DNA from: Octopus bimaculoides
Lineage: Eukaryota
Direction of reading: 5' to 3'
Assembly: GCF_001194135.2 (NCBI RefSeq)
Contig: NC_068989.1
Location: 72,392,140-72,426,938, forward strand
Length of the DNA stretch: 34,799 nucleotides
How positions within the stretch are numbered: position 1 is the stretch's first letter; the number at the start of each line of letters is the position of its first letter. A program made the position numbers and the translations under genes. The notes below the pieces were generated by a model. The model saw only the letters and a program-made list of their open reading frames with translations. It was not told the origin of the DNA and searched no databases. Positions 1 through 12,477 of the stretch are shown here, piece by piece.

Positions 1-36
<36 letters not shown>

Positions 37-464
37 ATAATAATAATAATAATAATAATGATACAAATGATATATGAGCATATGCATGTATACATACATA
101 TATGTACACACAACATAACAAAATCTTGGGGAAGGCAGCTCTTCTAGGAAAAAAATACTCTAATATGAAACATGCTGACAAAATAGTACTGGTGATCTTG
201 CAATACTTGTCACTGCAACACTCTATGGCGACCTAGAGTGTAGCAAAAGTGTTGTATAAGCTTTTGTCGCATAAATCTAAAGATGTGTAGATGTCTTGCA
301 ATCATTCCGTTTCTTGATGCGTTTTGTGCTTTATAAAGTCCTATGGCGTTGGATGCAAGGCAACGTATAATGTTATAACCGCTCTTCTGCACTTATGCAA
401 AGATGAAAGTAAATTAGAACAATCAAACTGAATGTGAGACGGCTATCATCGTCTGGCAAGATAA

Positions 465-482
465 TATCTATCTATCTGTCTG

Positions 483-573
<91 letters not shown>

Positions 574-622
574 GTCTGTCTCCCTGTCTGTTTTTCTGTC
601 TGTCTGTTTATCTGTCTGTCTA
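465..622. repeat. (TATC)n/(TGTC)n compound microsatellite
   Basis: Direct tetranucleotide tandem repeats. They explain ORFs 434..676 and 568..756. Confidence 0.95.
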
Positions 623-879
623 AGTATATATATAAGCATATATACATGTGGTGCATTTAATTTTGATGAATCGTAACAAGAGTGTGTTGAAAAATTGATA
701 GTAAAAGAAACGAATAGGTTGATGTGAAGGTTAAAAAAGTTTAGAAAGTACTGCACTAGGTCAAAGGTTTCCTGTCAGACAATTTCAGATTAACGTACTC
801 TGACCCGAATCTCTCCAATGAAAACCCTTGAATGCATCACATATTTATACATTAAGGAACTGCTTGCTCTCACGTGCCA

Positions 880-1455
880 TTAACGGAGCCCTACCTGATC
901 ATCAAACTTGTTAGAAATAGAAGCTAAAACAAATCGAATATATACCACTAATGTATGTAAATTATAAACAATAAGCTAACATATAATTTTAAAGATATCA
1001 AAATTTATGGGTGTTTTCATACATGCAATGAAAACGGTCACTACACGTTCAGCGTTAGGTAACGTTTCGTTAGTGTTAGGTAATATCACTCAAATGACAC
1101 CCTATTTTCTTTAAAAGGATAAGGGCCCCTTAGATAATGTCGTACTTGATGTTATTTAACGTTCAGGGACAGAACATCTTTTTACTCAATCAGGGTTACC
1201 CTAAGGCTTAACACTAACGACCACAATAGTTGCTGCTACTTAAGCCAACAAAGCCAACTTCTACTAGATCGCTCAACCCGTTAGAAATAGCAGTCAAATC
1301 TCTTTCAGTTTGCAAGCTATGGTCTTCAAAAAAAAAAAAAAAAATCTGGGAATGACATCAAATTGTGACATGGATATACAGAAGGTTACGATAGCCAAGG
1401 CTCAAGTATTTTAAGAAACCACTTCGATCAAGGCTGACCTGGTGCTCAACAAAAA
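880..1455 (+). mobile_element. Fragments of an unclassified interspersed repeat (2-3 degenerate pieces)
   Basis: The motif GTTAGAAATAG(A/C)AG recurs at ~910 and ~1280. Related reverse-complement pieces occur at ~16258, ~18180-18400 and ~19015. Boundaries are approximate. Confidence 0.4.
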
Positions 1456-2905
1456 CCACAGCGGCAGCAACAAAGATAACACTATTAGCTCATTCGGTCA
1501 TACTGCGCCTTCCAAAGGGAACAAATACAGGTGAAGATAACAGATGAGGTAACACTGTTCTATACTAATTCTATCCATACGCCACCTCACCTATTGTCTG
1601 AATAATGTGATTACATGGTTTGTTGCCTTAAATCATATAATTCTATGGAAAGGATAATACCGAACTGCTATTTATTGGTGATCGAGAAAGCAGGAGCAGA
1701 GGTATAGTACATGTATTAGAATTTTCCGTAACTTACCAACGGTACTATTAAGTACTTATATTGGCTTCGGAGCTGAGCTGTTCAAGTTGACTCATATAAC
1801 ATATCAGTAACATAATATGACGGGTTTAATTAACTGTATCTTCTATGCAAACATTGGCCTTATGCCTAATGGCAAAAGGAAATTAGTATTAATTGACAGG
1901 ATTTGAGTGGTGTTGCTTATACGAGAGAATAATAAAAAGTAAAAACACATAAGACATATTTATATATGCATATATATATATACATATACATATATATNNN
2001 NNNNNNNNNNNNNNNNNNNNNNNNNNNNNNNNNNNNNNNNNNNNNNNNNNNNNNNNATATATATATATATATATATATGCACATATATATGTATGTATAT
2101 ATGTTTGTGTTTGTATATATATATATATATGTGCGTGTGTGTGTGTGTATATATGCATGTGCGCAAAGCGCGTACGTTTGCGTGTGTGTGTCTGAGTTTA
2201 GGAGATGATTTGATTTAGGATTTGTCAGGTAAATGATTTGATTTCTTGAGATTAAAACAATTACAGAGTTCAAGACACATACTAACCATTCATAAACTGT
2301 TAACTGTCACTTCAACATTCATTGCGTGTCAAAATTTTCTTGGCACTAACTGCGACCTGGTCACTGATATAGTTTCACTGTGATAGGATGTTCATAGACA
2401 GAACATATTTGATCATAAACATGATGCTGATCTTGAAGTTAAAATCAACAGGGATGATCCTTAACCAAATTTTTGACTCAGAAGGCTGTGTTTTCTTTAT
2501 TTTATTTTTAGTCTATCCCAATGCCTCAGACTAGGAAGGGCAGAACTCATGTGATCTTATCCGGTCCTCTGAGACGGAAGGTAGCAAGAAAGAGAGTTCT
2601 CCTTAGGGTGTAAACCAAACGAAAATGTTTGCAACAAAGCGACATCTCCCAAAGGGACACAAAGCCAAGGTTGTGGTGTTATAACCGGATGAAAGATTAA
2701 GTCTCCCACTAAAGAGCTTAAGAAAGATCTCCATTTGCGATTTATGCGGAAATATTATTATTATTATCTCAGTTTTACCGAAGATGACTTCGCTGATGTA
2801 TCCATGTACATACCTATATATCATAACCAATATGCATGTAGGCATGTATACAAACATGTATATATATATAATTATCACGCGCACACACACACATTTATAT
2901 ATATG

Positions 2906-2947
<42 letters not shown>

Positions 2948-2964
2948 TATACATATATGCATGT

Positions 2965-3002
<38 letters not shown>

Positions 3003-3151
3003 CTCTGTTTCTTAACGTTGTTCCAGTGCATGCCACTGGCCACTGATTTATTGTTCTTAATTAATTTTTGTTTTAATTTATACAAATTACCTCAACCATA
3101 AATATGTTCTACGCTTTCATATAAGTCCTTTGGTTACTGGAAATAGACAAC

Positions 3152-3220
3152 GATAGACAGTTGTCATGCCGATGACGCATATTGATGTAGAAACATGCGT
3201 TACACAACTGTCCTCTTATC
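3152..3220 (+). ncRNA. Degenerate type I hammerhead ribozyme-like motif (HHR-1)
   Basis: A perfect 9-bp stem GACAGTTGT (3156-3164)/ACAACTGTC (3204-3212) encloses CCGATGA (1 mismatch to CUGANGA), stem II GCAT/ATGT, GAAAC (3190-3194), ATGC and GTT. Confidence 0.5.
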
Positions 3221-3384
3221 TGTAGACAATATGCCTACCCTTTTCTTTAATAGGATGCCAACTTTCAAGAATCCTTCATTCTTGATTTTATCTTCTCTTC
3301 TCAAATGTTGCTGGTCTTAATTGCTATTTGGTAATTCAAGTTATTTGGCGTCTGATACTCCTGCATTTGCGTGTGTTATATACA

Positions 3385-3418
<34 letters not shown>

Positions 3419-4021
3419 CATACATACATATATACATACATATATACATACATACATATATACATAATACATACATTCATACTCACACACACATACACAT
3501 ACACTCACATATATATATACATATCTATACATATCTATACATACATACACTCACATACACACTCACACACACACATATATATACATATGCATATATATAT
3601 ATATATATATANNNNNNNNNNNNNNNNNNNNNNNNNNNNNNNNNNNNNNNNNNNNNNNNNNNNNNNNNNNNNNNNNNNNNNNNNNNNNNNNNNNNNNNNN
3701 NNNNNNNNNNNNNNNNNNNNNNNNNNNNNNNNNNNNNNNNNNNNNNNNNNNNNNNNNNNNNNNNNNNNNNNNNNNNNNNNNNNNNNNNNNNNNNNNNNNN
3801 NNNNNNNNNNNNNNNNNNNNNNNNNNNNNNNNNNNNNNNNNNNNNNNNNNNNNNNNNNNNNNNNNNNNNNNNNNNNNNNNNNNNNNNNNNNNNNNNNNNN
3901 NNNNNNNNNNNNNNNNNNNNNNNNNNNNNNNNNNNNNNNNNNNNNNNNNNNNNNNNNNNNNNNNNNNNNNNNNNNNNNNNNNNNNNNNNNNNNNNNNNNN
4001 NNNNNNNNNNNNNNNNNNNNN

Positions 4022-4069
<48 letters not shown>

Positions 4070-4074
4070 TACGT

Positions 4075-4440
4075 AGCTTTGTGGTGAGAACAATTCCGGG
4101 TTCAGTCCCATTGCGTAGCATCTTGAGCAAGTGTCGTCTACTACAGAAACCTGTCATGTGCGTGTGCGTGCTCGCGTGCGTGCGTATATATTAATTTTTA
4201 TATGTGCGCGAATGTGCATGTCTCATTGCATCTGTATTAGTCCACCACCATCACCACCATCGCTCAATCAGCGTTGCTGTATTTATGTTCCCGTAACATA
4301 GCGGTTCGCCAAAATACACCGATAGAATAAATACCAAGTGAAAGAAAAAATGATAGGTACTAGGGTCATTCCCGTCGACTAAAATTCTTCCAGGTAGTGC
4401 TCCAGCATGGTCGCAGTCAAACAAATGATTAAAAGATAAA

Positions 4441-4442
<2 letters not shown>
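4075..4442 (+). mobile_element. SINE family A, degenerate bipartite copy (head remnant, microsatellite, 3' module)
   Basis: CCGGGTTCAGTCCCATTGCGTAGCATCTTGAGCAAGTGTC matches the 7140 head. The 3' module ending GTGCTCCAGCATGGTCGCAGTC matches 6310-6483. Confidence 0.75.
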
Positions 4443-4521
<79 letters not shown>

Positions 4522-4549
4522 TGTGTGTGTGTGTGGTGATGGTGGTATA

Positions 4550-4695
4550 TCTCTTTCGTTCGACGAGGAGCATTCAGTTGCTCGATCAACTGAATTCACT
4601 CGTTCATTTAATTAACGGATAAGTGGCTGAGCATTCTACAGACACATGTACTTTTACAATAACTCTCAGCTAGTGTCACCGTGTGTCAATGCTGT
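4550..4695 (-). mobile_element. SINE family C, 3' fragment
   Basis: The reverse complement aligns by eye to 18690-18880 (TCAGCCACTT...GTTAATT...GTTGATCG). Confidence 0.65.
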
Positions 4696-4724
4696 GTCTT
4701 TTTGAAATACAGATGCAGACCACC

Positions 4725-5065
4725 CGACGGGCTTCTGCACAATCTCAATCTACTCATTTCATACACATGGCTTTGGTCGACTCAAGGTGTGTATGTATGT
4801 ATGTATGTATGTGCATCTATGTGTATGTGTCTTTGTGTTTGTGTTTGCCATCCCACCGCTTGAGAACCATGATGGTTTGTTTACGTCTGAGCAATTAACG
4901 GTTCGTCAAAAGACGTCGATCGAATAAATACCAGACTTAACAGAAAACATAACATAACAAATCAAAACAAATACGTAAGTTATGAAGACGATTTGTTCTA
5001 CTTAAATCCTTCAAGGTGTTGCCCTAGAATGGCCGCTGTCAAATAACTGAAATAAGTAAATGATA
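4725..5065. mobile_element. SINE family A pieces (minus-strand body 4725-4787, plus-strand 3' module 4830-5065)
   Basis: CGACGGGCTTCT...GGCTTTGGTCG is the reverse complement of 7250-7302. The downstream part matches the family A 3' module. Confidence 0.65.
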
Positions 5066-5879
5066 GGTGATAAAATATATAATGTGGTTGGAAATATAGG
5101 ACCAAAACTTTCAGCTCATGTTATATAACCTAGTTAGCTTCTGTATTTGCCCGCCTTCATTGTTCTCTTCACTATTTTCTCAGAAATCATAATCATGGCT
5201 TTTGTCATGAGAGACCCAGTTGCGTTTTTAGCTAAAGCTTTTCACTTGTTGGCCTTGCTTGTTCTTTATATCCTTTGTCAGGAAGAGAAGAGGAAATTTA
5301 CTTGAAAAAATTTTTTTTTTGTGTCATCCTTTTTTGTAAAATAATTGCAAATGTTTACATCCAATTTTAATACTTTAATTTTATTATATATTAGCATTTA
5401 TTTCCTCTATATCTACAAACAGCAGTCTTGGGGCTTTCTTTTCTACACCAGTGCAAATATTTCAGAGAATTAATTTCGTTATATAAGCGTTGAAAATAGT
5501 AGATTCAAAATAAATAAAAATATCTGAAAATATTTAAAAAATAAAAAATCCCAATTTTTGTTTTTAAAGCGTAGGTAAAAGTATAAGATGGATAAAAACA
5601 CTTGAAACTTGAAAGTGTCAATAGAAAATAGATAAGAACACTTGAAAACTTTGATAAATCACTTGGCTCTTGGAGAAAAACGAAAACAGAATTTATTTTT
5701 TGTTTTGATAAGTATTTGTGAAATAAGTTCATTTCAAATCAGGTGGAAAGTCAGACTCATTACAGAGTTTTTTTTAATCAGCCCCGATGTATCATGTTTT
5801 TTTTTTATCCATAGGTTGTGGAGATTGTTGTTTTTTTGTTTGAAGACGAGCCGAGGTGGTACAAGAGAGCTCAAGATGG

Positions 5880-6210
5880 TTACTAGGCAAGAAAGTAGAA
5901 ACCGGAAGTTGCGAAAGAGGGAACTGATTTAAAAGGAAAGCAGCCAGATTACAGATGAAGGGGAGTCGGGTCGGTTTCGATTTATAGGTGTGTTCATAGA
6001 GGATACGTTGAATTATCGGTTTTGAACGAATATATGTTTTTCTGAAAAGATCATTTTTGTATTTTGTGATTTCTTGACAAATGGATGCGCAACAAAAACG
6101 ATCCGTTTCTTGATCGAATTGTGACATGTGATGATAAAATGGAGCCTATATAACTTATCGGCAGTGTCCCACGCAATGGGTTTACCGAAGTAAAGCATCG
6201 AAACGGCTTT
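5880..6210 (+). pseudogene. Mariner (DD34D-type) transposase remnant, frameshifted and internally deleted
   Basis: 6088-6138 translates RNKNDPFLDRIVTCDDK, then W after a +1 shift, matching the mariner motif FLxRIVTxDEKW with the first catalytic Asp. 5954-5974 gives DEGESGR, similar to the DEERSGRP HTH linker. Stops and frameshifts intervene. Confidence 0.8.
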
Positions 6211-6309
6211 AAATAAATGTTCTAGTCAGTATTGGTGCTCATTACATAGCGTCATCTACTGTTATTTTTTTTTTGAATCCTGGTGAAACGTTCACAGCAG
6301 AGAAGCATT

Positions 6310-6483
6310 AAACCCCCCCCCCCACCTAAATGCACAACGAACTGCCTAGCGGTTCGGAAAAAGTGACCAATAGATTAAGTACTAGGCTTACAGAGAATAA
6401 GTCTTGGGGTAGATTTGTCTGACTAAAAGTGGTGCTCCAGCATAGCCGCAGTCTAATAACTGAAACAAGTAAAAGAATAAGAG
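6310..6483 (+). mobile_element. SINE family A 3' module
   Basis: TAGCGGTTCGG...AAGTACTAGGCTTAC...GGTGCTCCAGCATAGCCGCAGTC...TGAAACAAGTAAAAGAATAA is repeated at 4290-4440 and 4890-5065. Confidence 0.75.
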
Positions 6484-7139
6484 AATATTAGACATGGTCT
6501 GGAAACATATCCAAGTTATATATATATANNNNNNNNNNNNNNNNNNNNNNNNNNNNNNNNNNNNNNNNNNNNNNNNNNNNNNNNNNNNNNNNNNNNNNNN
6601 NNNNNNNNNNNNNNNNNNNNNNNNNNNNNNNNNNNNNNNNNNNNNNNNNNNNNNNNNNNNNNNNNNNNNNNNNNNNNNNNNNNNNNNNNNNNNNNNNNNN
6701 NNNNNNNNNNNNNNNNNNNNNNNNNNNNNNNNNNNNNNNNNNNNNNNNNNNNNNNNNNNNNNNNNNNNNNNNNNNNNNNNNNNNNNNNNNNNNNNNNNNN
6801 NNNNNNNNNNNNNNNNNNNNNNNNNNNNNNNNNNNNNNNNNNNNNNNNNNNNNNNNNNNNNNNNNNNNNNNNNNNNNNNNNNNNNNNNNNNNNNNNNNNN
6901 NNNNNNNNNNNNNNNNNNNNNNNNNNNNNNNNNNNNNNNNNNNNNNNNNNNNNNNNNNNNNNNNNNNNNNNNNNNNNNNNNNNNNNNNNNNNNNNNNNNN
7001 NNNNNNNNNNNNNNNNNNNNNNNNNNNNNNNNNNNNNNNNNNNNNNNNNNNNNNNNNNNNNNNNNNNNNNNNNNNNNNNNNNNNNNNNNNNNNNNNNNNN
7101 NNNNNNNNNNNNNNNNNNNNNNNNNNNNNNATATATATA

Positions 7140-7302
7140 GGCGCAGGAGTGGATGTGTGGTAAGTAGCTTGCTTACCAACCACATGGTTCCGGGTTCAGT
7201 CCCACTGCGTGGCACCTTGGGCAAGTGTCTTCTACTATAGCCTCGGGCTGACCAAAGCCTTGTGAGTGGATTTGGTAGACGGAAACTGAAAGAAGCCCGT
7301 CG
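7140..7302 (+). mobile_element. SINE family A tRNA-like head plus body
   Basis: Starts GGCGCAGGAG with A-box-like TGGATGTGTGG and B-box-like GGTTCAGTCCC, followed by a (TA)n tract. The same start occurs at 14203. Confidence 0.8.
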
Positions 7303-7306
7303 TATG

Positions 7307-7350
<44 letters not shown>

Positions 7351-8091
7351 ACATCCATATGTAAGCCTTGACATTTGTACACATATATATTTAATCGTCG
7401 TGGCAGATACAGCTGTTTCTTCCGTATATTTGTCTATATTATCGAATATATATATATATATTTATTTATGCGTTTCAGCCAAGTGGCTGCGGTCACGCTG
7501 GAGCACCACCATGGGTTGCGGATATGGGCTGCGGATATATATGAATATGCTGTGTGTGTTATGTGATTATGCGGGAGTATGTTGTAGTGATACATGGATA
7601 TGTGTGTGTATGTGTGTGTGTATGTGTGAGTGTGTATGTGTGAGTGTTTGTGTATCTGTGTGTATAGAGCGTGGCTGCGTTTGAATATATAGATGTGAGC
7701 ATGATTGTGCGGAATGGTGAGGGATGGTTATATGATATGATGTTTTTTTTCACAGAATCTGGTTCAAATTGCCTGATACCCTGCATGACTCCTTGTAAAC
7801 TTCAGGAACGAAGATCTGGAAGGGCCACAAGAATTAATGTGACAAGTGACCGTTAATTTCCCTCCTAATCAACATCCGATGAGTGGAATCATACTGCGTA
7901 GCTGAGTTTCGGATGAAGCTAATCTCCAAGAATGTTATATTCAGATATTATTTGCTAAAGGGCTGAAATAAGTAAATAAACAAATACGCAAATAAATAAA
8001 TAAGTAAATAACAATGAATATGGGAATTCCAATGTTATATGAGAACATAATACATGGCCTGGACACAAATGGAGTATAGGATTGAATTTAA

Positions 8092-8153
<62 letters not shown>

Positions 8154-8163
8154 NNNNNNNNNN

Positions 8164-8211
<48 letters not shown>

Positions 8212-8571
8212 AAGACACGCATGCAAGCACAAACACACACATACACATATGTATCTTCGAGGTGATATGTATGCATGCATATGTGTGTATGTTCACACAT
8301 ATTCATACACATGCGCACACACATACACATGGTGTAAGAGAGTGAGAGAGTGAGAGAGGATTATGAAAGGAGAGTGAGAGAAAGAAGGCTCGCCAAATAG
8401 GAATGTGATTTAAAGAGCACCTTTGGATGTATAACAATATGTGTACGTTCATGCTTGTTTTTTCTTTGAGATCTCTTTCAATTCTTCTTCAGAGAGTTCA
8501 AGCCGGTCGCTAACAAAGCGACAAGACTTTTTTTTACATACATGCTCATGCAGAAGGGTATGTATACATAC

Positions 8572-8626
<55 letters not shown>

Positions 8627-8699
8627 CTAATGTATTTGCATAAACTGATACAGACACACATATATACATATACATACAAATAATATATATATATATATA

Positions 8700-9204
8700 C
8701 GACCTGAATTACCCGGAAAAGCGGGTATTATTTCCATTTCCCGTTCCCATTACAATGTCTCATGCCTTATTCGGTTCCCTGGTTAGTTCCCGTTTAAATT
8801 ATAAATAGATTTACAAATACACGGTGACGTAGGATAGATTTTTACAAATACTGGCAAGTAATACAGTTGGATCATAAAACTGATTGATTGTAATTTTAAG
8901 GTAATATCAAAGTTGAATTGGTGGATGGTTGGACGGATGAGAAGATCGACGATGTTCGACTATGAAACAATTAATTGATGGTTGATTATTATCAATTTTT
9001 CGAAGCCTCTTGATATAAATTTTTGGAATTGCCCTCTGGAGCATAAATTAGTAAATGATTTGGATTGCCGACTGCTGAGCATCGTACATACAATTGGCCA
9101 TCGGAAGAAACAAGTTCTGTATGGTTAATGCCTATTACCTTCAAGGATTGTCCTTGAGCCTTGTTTATGGTCATTACAAAACTCAGTTTTACAGAAAAAC
9201 GTAA
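8700..9204 (-). mobile_element. Helitron 3' end: PIF1-like helicase C-terminal fragment, 3' UTR and terminal hairpin
   Basis: Minus frame FSVKLSFVMTINKAQGQSLKVIGI...SDGQLYVRCSAVGNP...LYQEAS* matches Helitron RepHel helicase motifs (FAMTINKSQGQ, SHGQLYVAxSRV). Hairpin TACCCG-GAAAAG-CGGGTA lies at 8710-8727, with a degenerate CTAG (GTCG on minus) at 8700-8703. Confidence 0.85.
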
Positions 9205-9678
9205 GAACTAGTTATTCTATCATTCTATAATTCTTAACTGATATGTTACTCAAGTAAGGTCAATACTCAGTTGAATGTCTTAAGAAGCAGTTATTCTACA
9301 ATTCTATTATTCTTAGTTGATGTATTATTCAAGTAACCGCGTTACTCATTTCAATACCTTATGAACTGGTTATTCTATAATTCAATTATTCTATAAATCT
9401 ATAATTCTACAATTTTCAGTTGATGTATTATCCAAGTAATAGAAATACTCATTTAAATACCCTAAGAACAGGTTATTCTATAATTATATAATTATATAAT
9501 TCGTAGTTGATGTATTATCCAAGTAATGTCACTATTCAATTATAAACCTTAATATATTCTATAATTCTATAATTTTTAATTGACACATAAATAAAATCAA
9601 TACCTAATCCGATCCCTTAAGAACTAGTTATTCTATAATTCTCAGTTCATGTATTATCCAACTAAAATCAATGCCTTA
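9203..9678. repeat. Minisatellite, ~6 units of ~70-100 bp with nested ATTCTATA 8-mers
   Basis: Recurrent unit AAGAACTAGTTATTCTATAATT...AGTTGATGTATTATCCAAGTAA...AATACCTT. Confidence 0.85.
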
Positions 9679-10795
9679 TTGTGGTGCATTGCGCATGTTA
9701 GTATAGCAATAAGATACTGCAAGGGTGACATCTTACATAAAATTGCACATTATCCCATAAAATATCCTTGATACTTTTACAAGCAACTACCTACTATTCG
9801 TGGTTATAATCCACGTAAGCATTGTCCGATTAATGAATTTCTTTAATATATAATAATGTAATTGTATTACTTATAATTCGTATAACAATTTGTAATCTCC
9901 TTTTGAAGATAACTTAAAACGCTCATGAGTGCTGCCAGTCCAAGTTGTTCGAGGGAGGAAGCCTTCAAGGTGTATTTCTACTTTGCAATTAGTTATGAGA
10001 CTCATGTTTTGTTTTAATTTTAGATTTAACTAAGATGATTATATTTTGTTCGTTTGCAATTTAGAAAAGTTAACAAAACTAAATAGAAGAAAAAAAAAAC
10101 ACGAAATAACTAAGCGAAAAGGCCTAGCAAAAAAAACAACATACTTTTATATACATGATCATTCCAACACTTAACGTGTACATGTGTACATGCTGGTAAG
10201 AATAATAAACTTTCATCTGGTGTTTAAATTAAGTATCTTGACTCACCTAAGATACTTCCTCATTCTTATATCATAAGAAAGACGTTTGAAATTTTGCCAA
10301 ACTTTAAAATTACCATTTCTATATTTAACATAATATATGTAGTTCATTCACCATGCGCCGCAAGTATTTTCTGTGGCAGCTATGTTACTTTTACTGATGT
10401 TATAAGGGCGGAGTTGTAGTTCCCCTAGTTGATGGGATGCTGGACTATTGGATGAAAAGCCGACAGTTCGTATTGCTATACCGTTGGAGCGCTTTCTTCA
10501 GTGCCAATGTAATTAAACTGCCATCGTTCGCATGTGTTACTACTCACTGCTATAAGGTATGAGAACAGCGCAAAATTACAGTTGGTATCGTTAGTCTGTG
10601 GTACTGAATTCAATCTCTTTTTGTGCACTAGAAGCACACTAAAAGAAGTCGTTCCTATGTCTCGTCCCAGTACAGTTTTATTAGTAGTTTCAGTTAGACT
10701 TGTTATTGCATCCAAGCTTTGATACTGGTCACGGGTTTCGTGGAAATGGCTGGTGTCGATCCGTGTGTTAAACTCAACCTGTACCGGTGTTAACA

Positions 10796-11129
10796 AGCAA
10801 GATAGTTACCTAACTCCATATGTGTAGGTACATAAAGCCAGATGGTTACTTAATTTAGCATACAAGGCACCCTCAGCAAGATGGTTACATAACCCCACTG
10901 ATATAGACTCCCACAGCCAACTGGTTGCATAACTCCACTTGTATAGGTACCTCAAAGCAGAAGATTGCCTAATTCTTCTGTTCAGACGTCACCAACCAGA
11001 TGTTTATCCAAATCTACTTGTATAGGCACCCACAATGAAATGGTTACCTAATCCTAGAGAGGATTACTTAATACTTATATATGAACCCAACCAAATGGAT
11101 GGTAACCTCACTAGTAAAGTACCTTAGGG
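10796..11129. repeat. Degenerate ~40-bp minisatellite, ~8 units
   Basis: Consensus by eye AGCAAGATGGTTACCTAACTCCACTTGTATAGGCACCCTC, period 38-41 bp. Confidence 0.75.
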
Positions 11130-11429
11130 CCCCGCAAAAGGGTCGATCCAGACCCCACAAGTTTCTGAATTCACGAATGCGCCTAATATGATTGTTAACA
11201 TAAATACAAAATCATACGCGTTCTTTTTTGGTGGTGGTGACGGATAGACAGGGAAATGTAAAGGCGAGTATAGCGGTCAGTTCTTTACTGGGTCTACATT
11301 TTTTAAAAAGATCTCCAGAAGGCTATAAGACAATGTTGGCACTGGTATGTGAAGGGATAAGTCTAAATATGCAAATATGCCCTAAGATTACGTCGTTTCA
11401 CTGCCTTTGAACACCGCCATTATATCACT

Positions 11430-11577
11430 CCCCACCACCATCAATAACAACACTACAACCTCCACCACCATCATCACCATCACCGTCACATACAACATCA
11501 CTATCACCAACAGCAGCAGTAGCAGTAGTAGTAGCAATATTTGTAATACAATAATTCGCATAATTTATTAAATGGCG

Positions 11578-11619
<42 letters not shown>

Positions 11620-11620
11620 G
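11430..11620. repeat. Trinucleotide microsatellites (CAC/CAT, AGT/AGC, TAC)
   Basis: Direct repeats. They explain the poly-Ser/Gly ORF 11425..11694. Confidence 0.9.
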
Positions 11621-12094
11621 TTATAAACATATTCTGTCCTCTTACAACCCGTAACACAAAGAAATCGAAGGATATGGCTGAGACAGTTGCACATCGATTA
11701 TGATAAATGCTAGCAAGCTTGTCTTTGTTTATACAGAAGGAAACATAATTGACTTCCTCGCTGCTAATTTGATTAATATCATTATTCTTCTAATAATGGA
11801 TATTTCTGGTTAACACAATTATTGGTTAAGCGTAATATGGACAGTTGTTTAAGAAATGCTTGTCGAGTTATCGGCTCTTGCTATCTCGAACCCCAATGAG
11901 TAACAGTTCTGTATTGCGGGTTAATTCAATCGAATGTATCACTTTCATACGAATTTCATGATTTAGTGCAGCAGTAAACAATCTATACTATCATTTAATC
12001 AGACAGCGGAGCTGTGTGGAGATAAAATCAGAGCAGAGCGCTGTTACTTCACATATTTTCTTCACCCTAAGTCAAATCACTTTAAAGGGGCAAT

Positions 12095-12295
12095 AGATTG
12101 GTGAAATCGTTTGAGCGTCGGACAAAATATCTTACAGTATTTGTTGCATCTCTTTATGTTCCGAGTTCAAATCTCGCTGAGGTCAACTTTGCTTTTCATC
12201 CGTTTGGGGTCGATAAAATAAAGTTACCAGTCAAATATTGGTCGATGTACTCAACTATTTCTCCCCTTCTCCAAATTTCAAAGAATGTGCCTGTT
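12095..12295 (+). mobile_element. SINE family B, diverged copy
   Basis: GAGTTCAAATCTCGCTGAGGTCAACTTTGCTTTTCATCC core shared with other copies. Confidence 0.75.
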
Positions 12296-12329
12296 TTGCG
12301 AACAATTAGTAATACCCTTTAATGAAAAC

Positions 12330-12440
12330 GCATGACCCAGAGGTTAGGCTGTTAGATTCACGTTTGTAAGGTGATAAGTTCGATTTCTGAACTAACAAGC
12401 ACACGTTGTAATTTGGACAAGGCATTTCATTTCATTCAAC
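12330..12440 (+). mobile_element. Degenerate tRNA-headed SINE fragment
   Basis: B-box-like GTTCGATTTC followed by TTGGACAAGGCATTTCATTTC, similar to 23290-23320. Confidence 0.4.
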
Positions 12441-12477
12441 TGATAATGTGCTATGTTACAGAGTGACGCCTCGTTGA

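Noticed and set aside
7756-7856. Acceptor TTTTTTTCACAG followed by ESGSNCLIPCMTPCK...
   Set aside because: No convincing donor and no recognisable domain, and the other frames stop early.
8450-8530. Minus-strand CTGAAGA in a ~60-bp repeat also present at ~21420-21480
   Set aside because: The repeat is real but GAAAC and GUH are absent, so it cannot be called a ribozyme.
9203-11129. CRISPR-like appearance of the two periodic arrays
   Set aside because: The units are degenerate tandem repeats with no unique spacers or cas genes, in a eukaryotic context.
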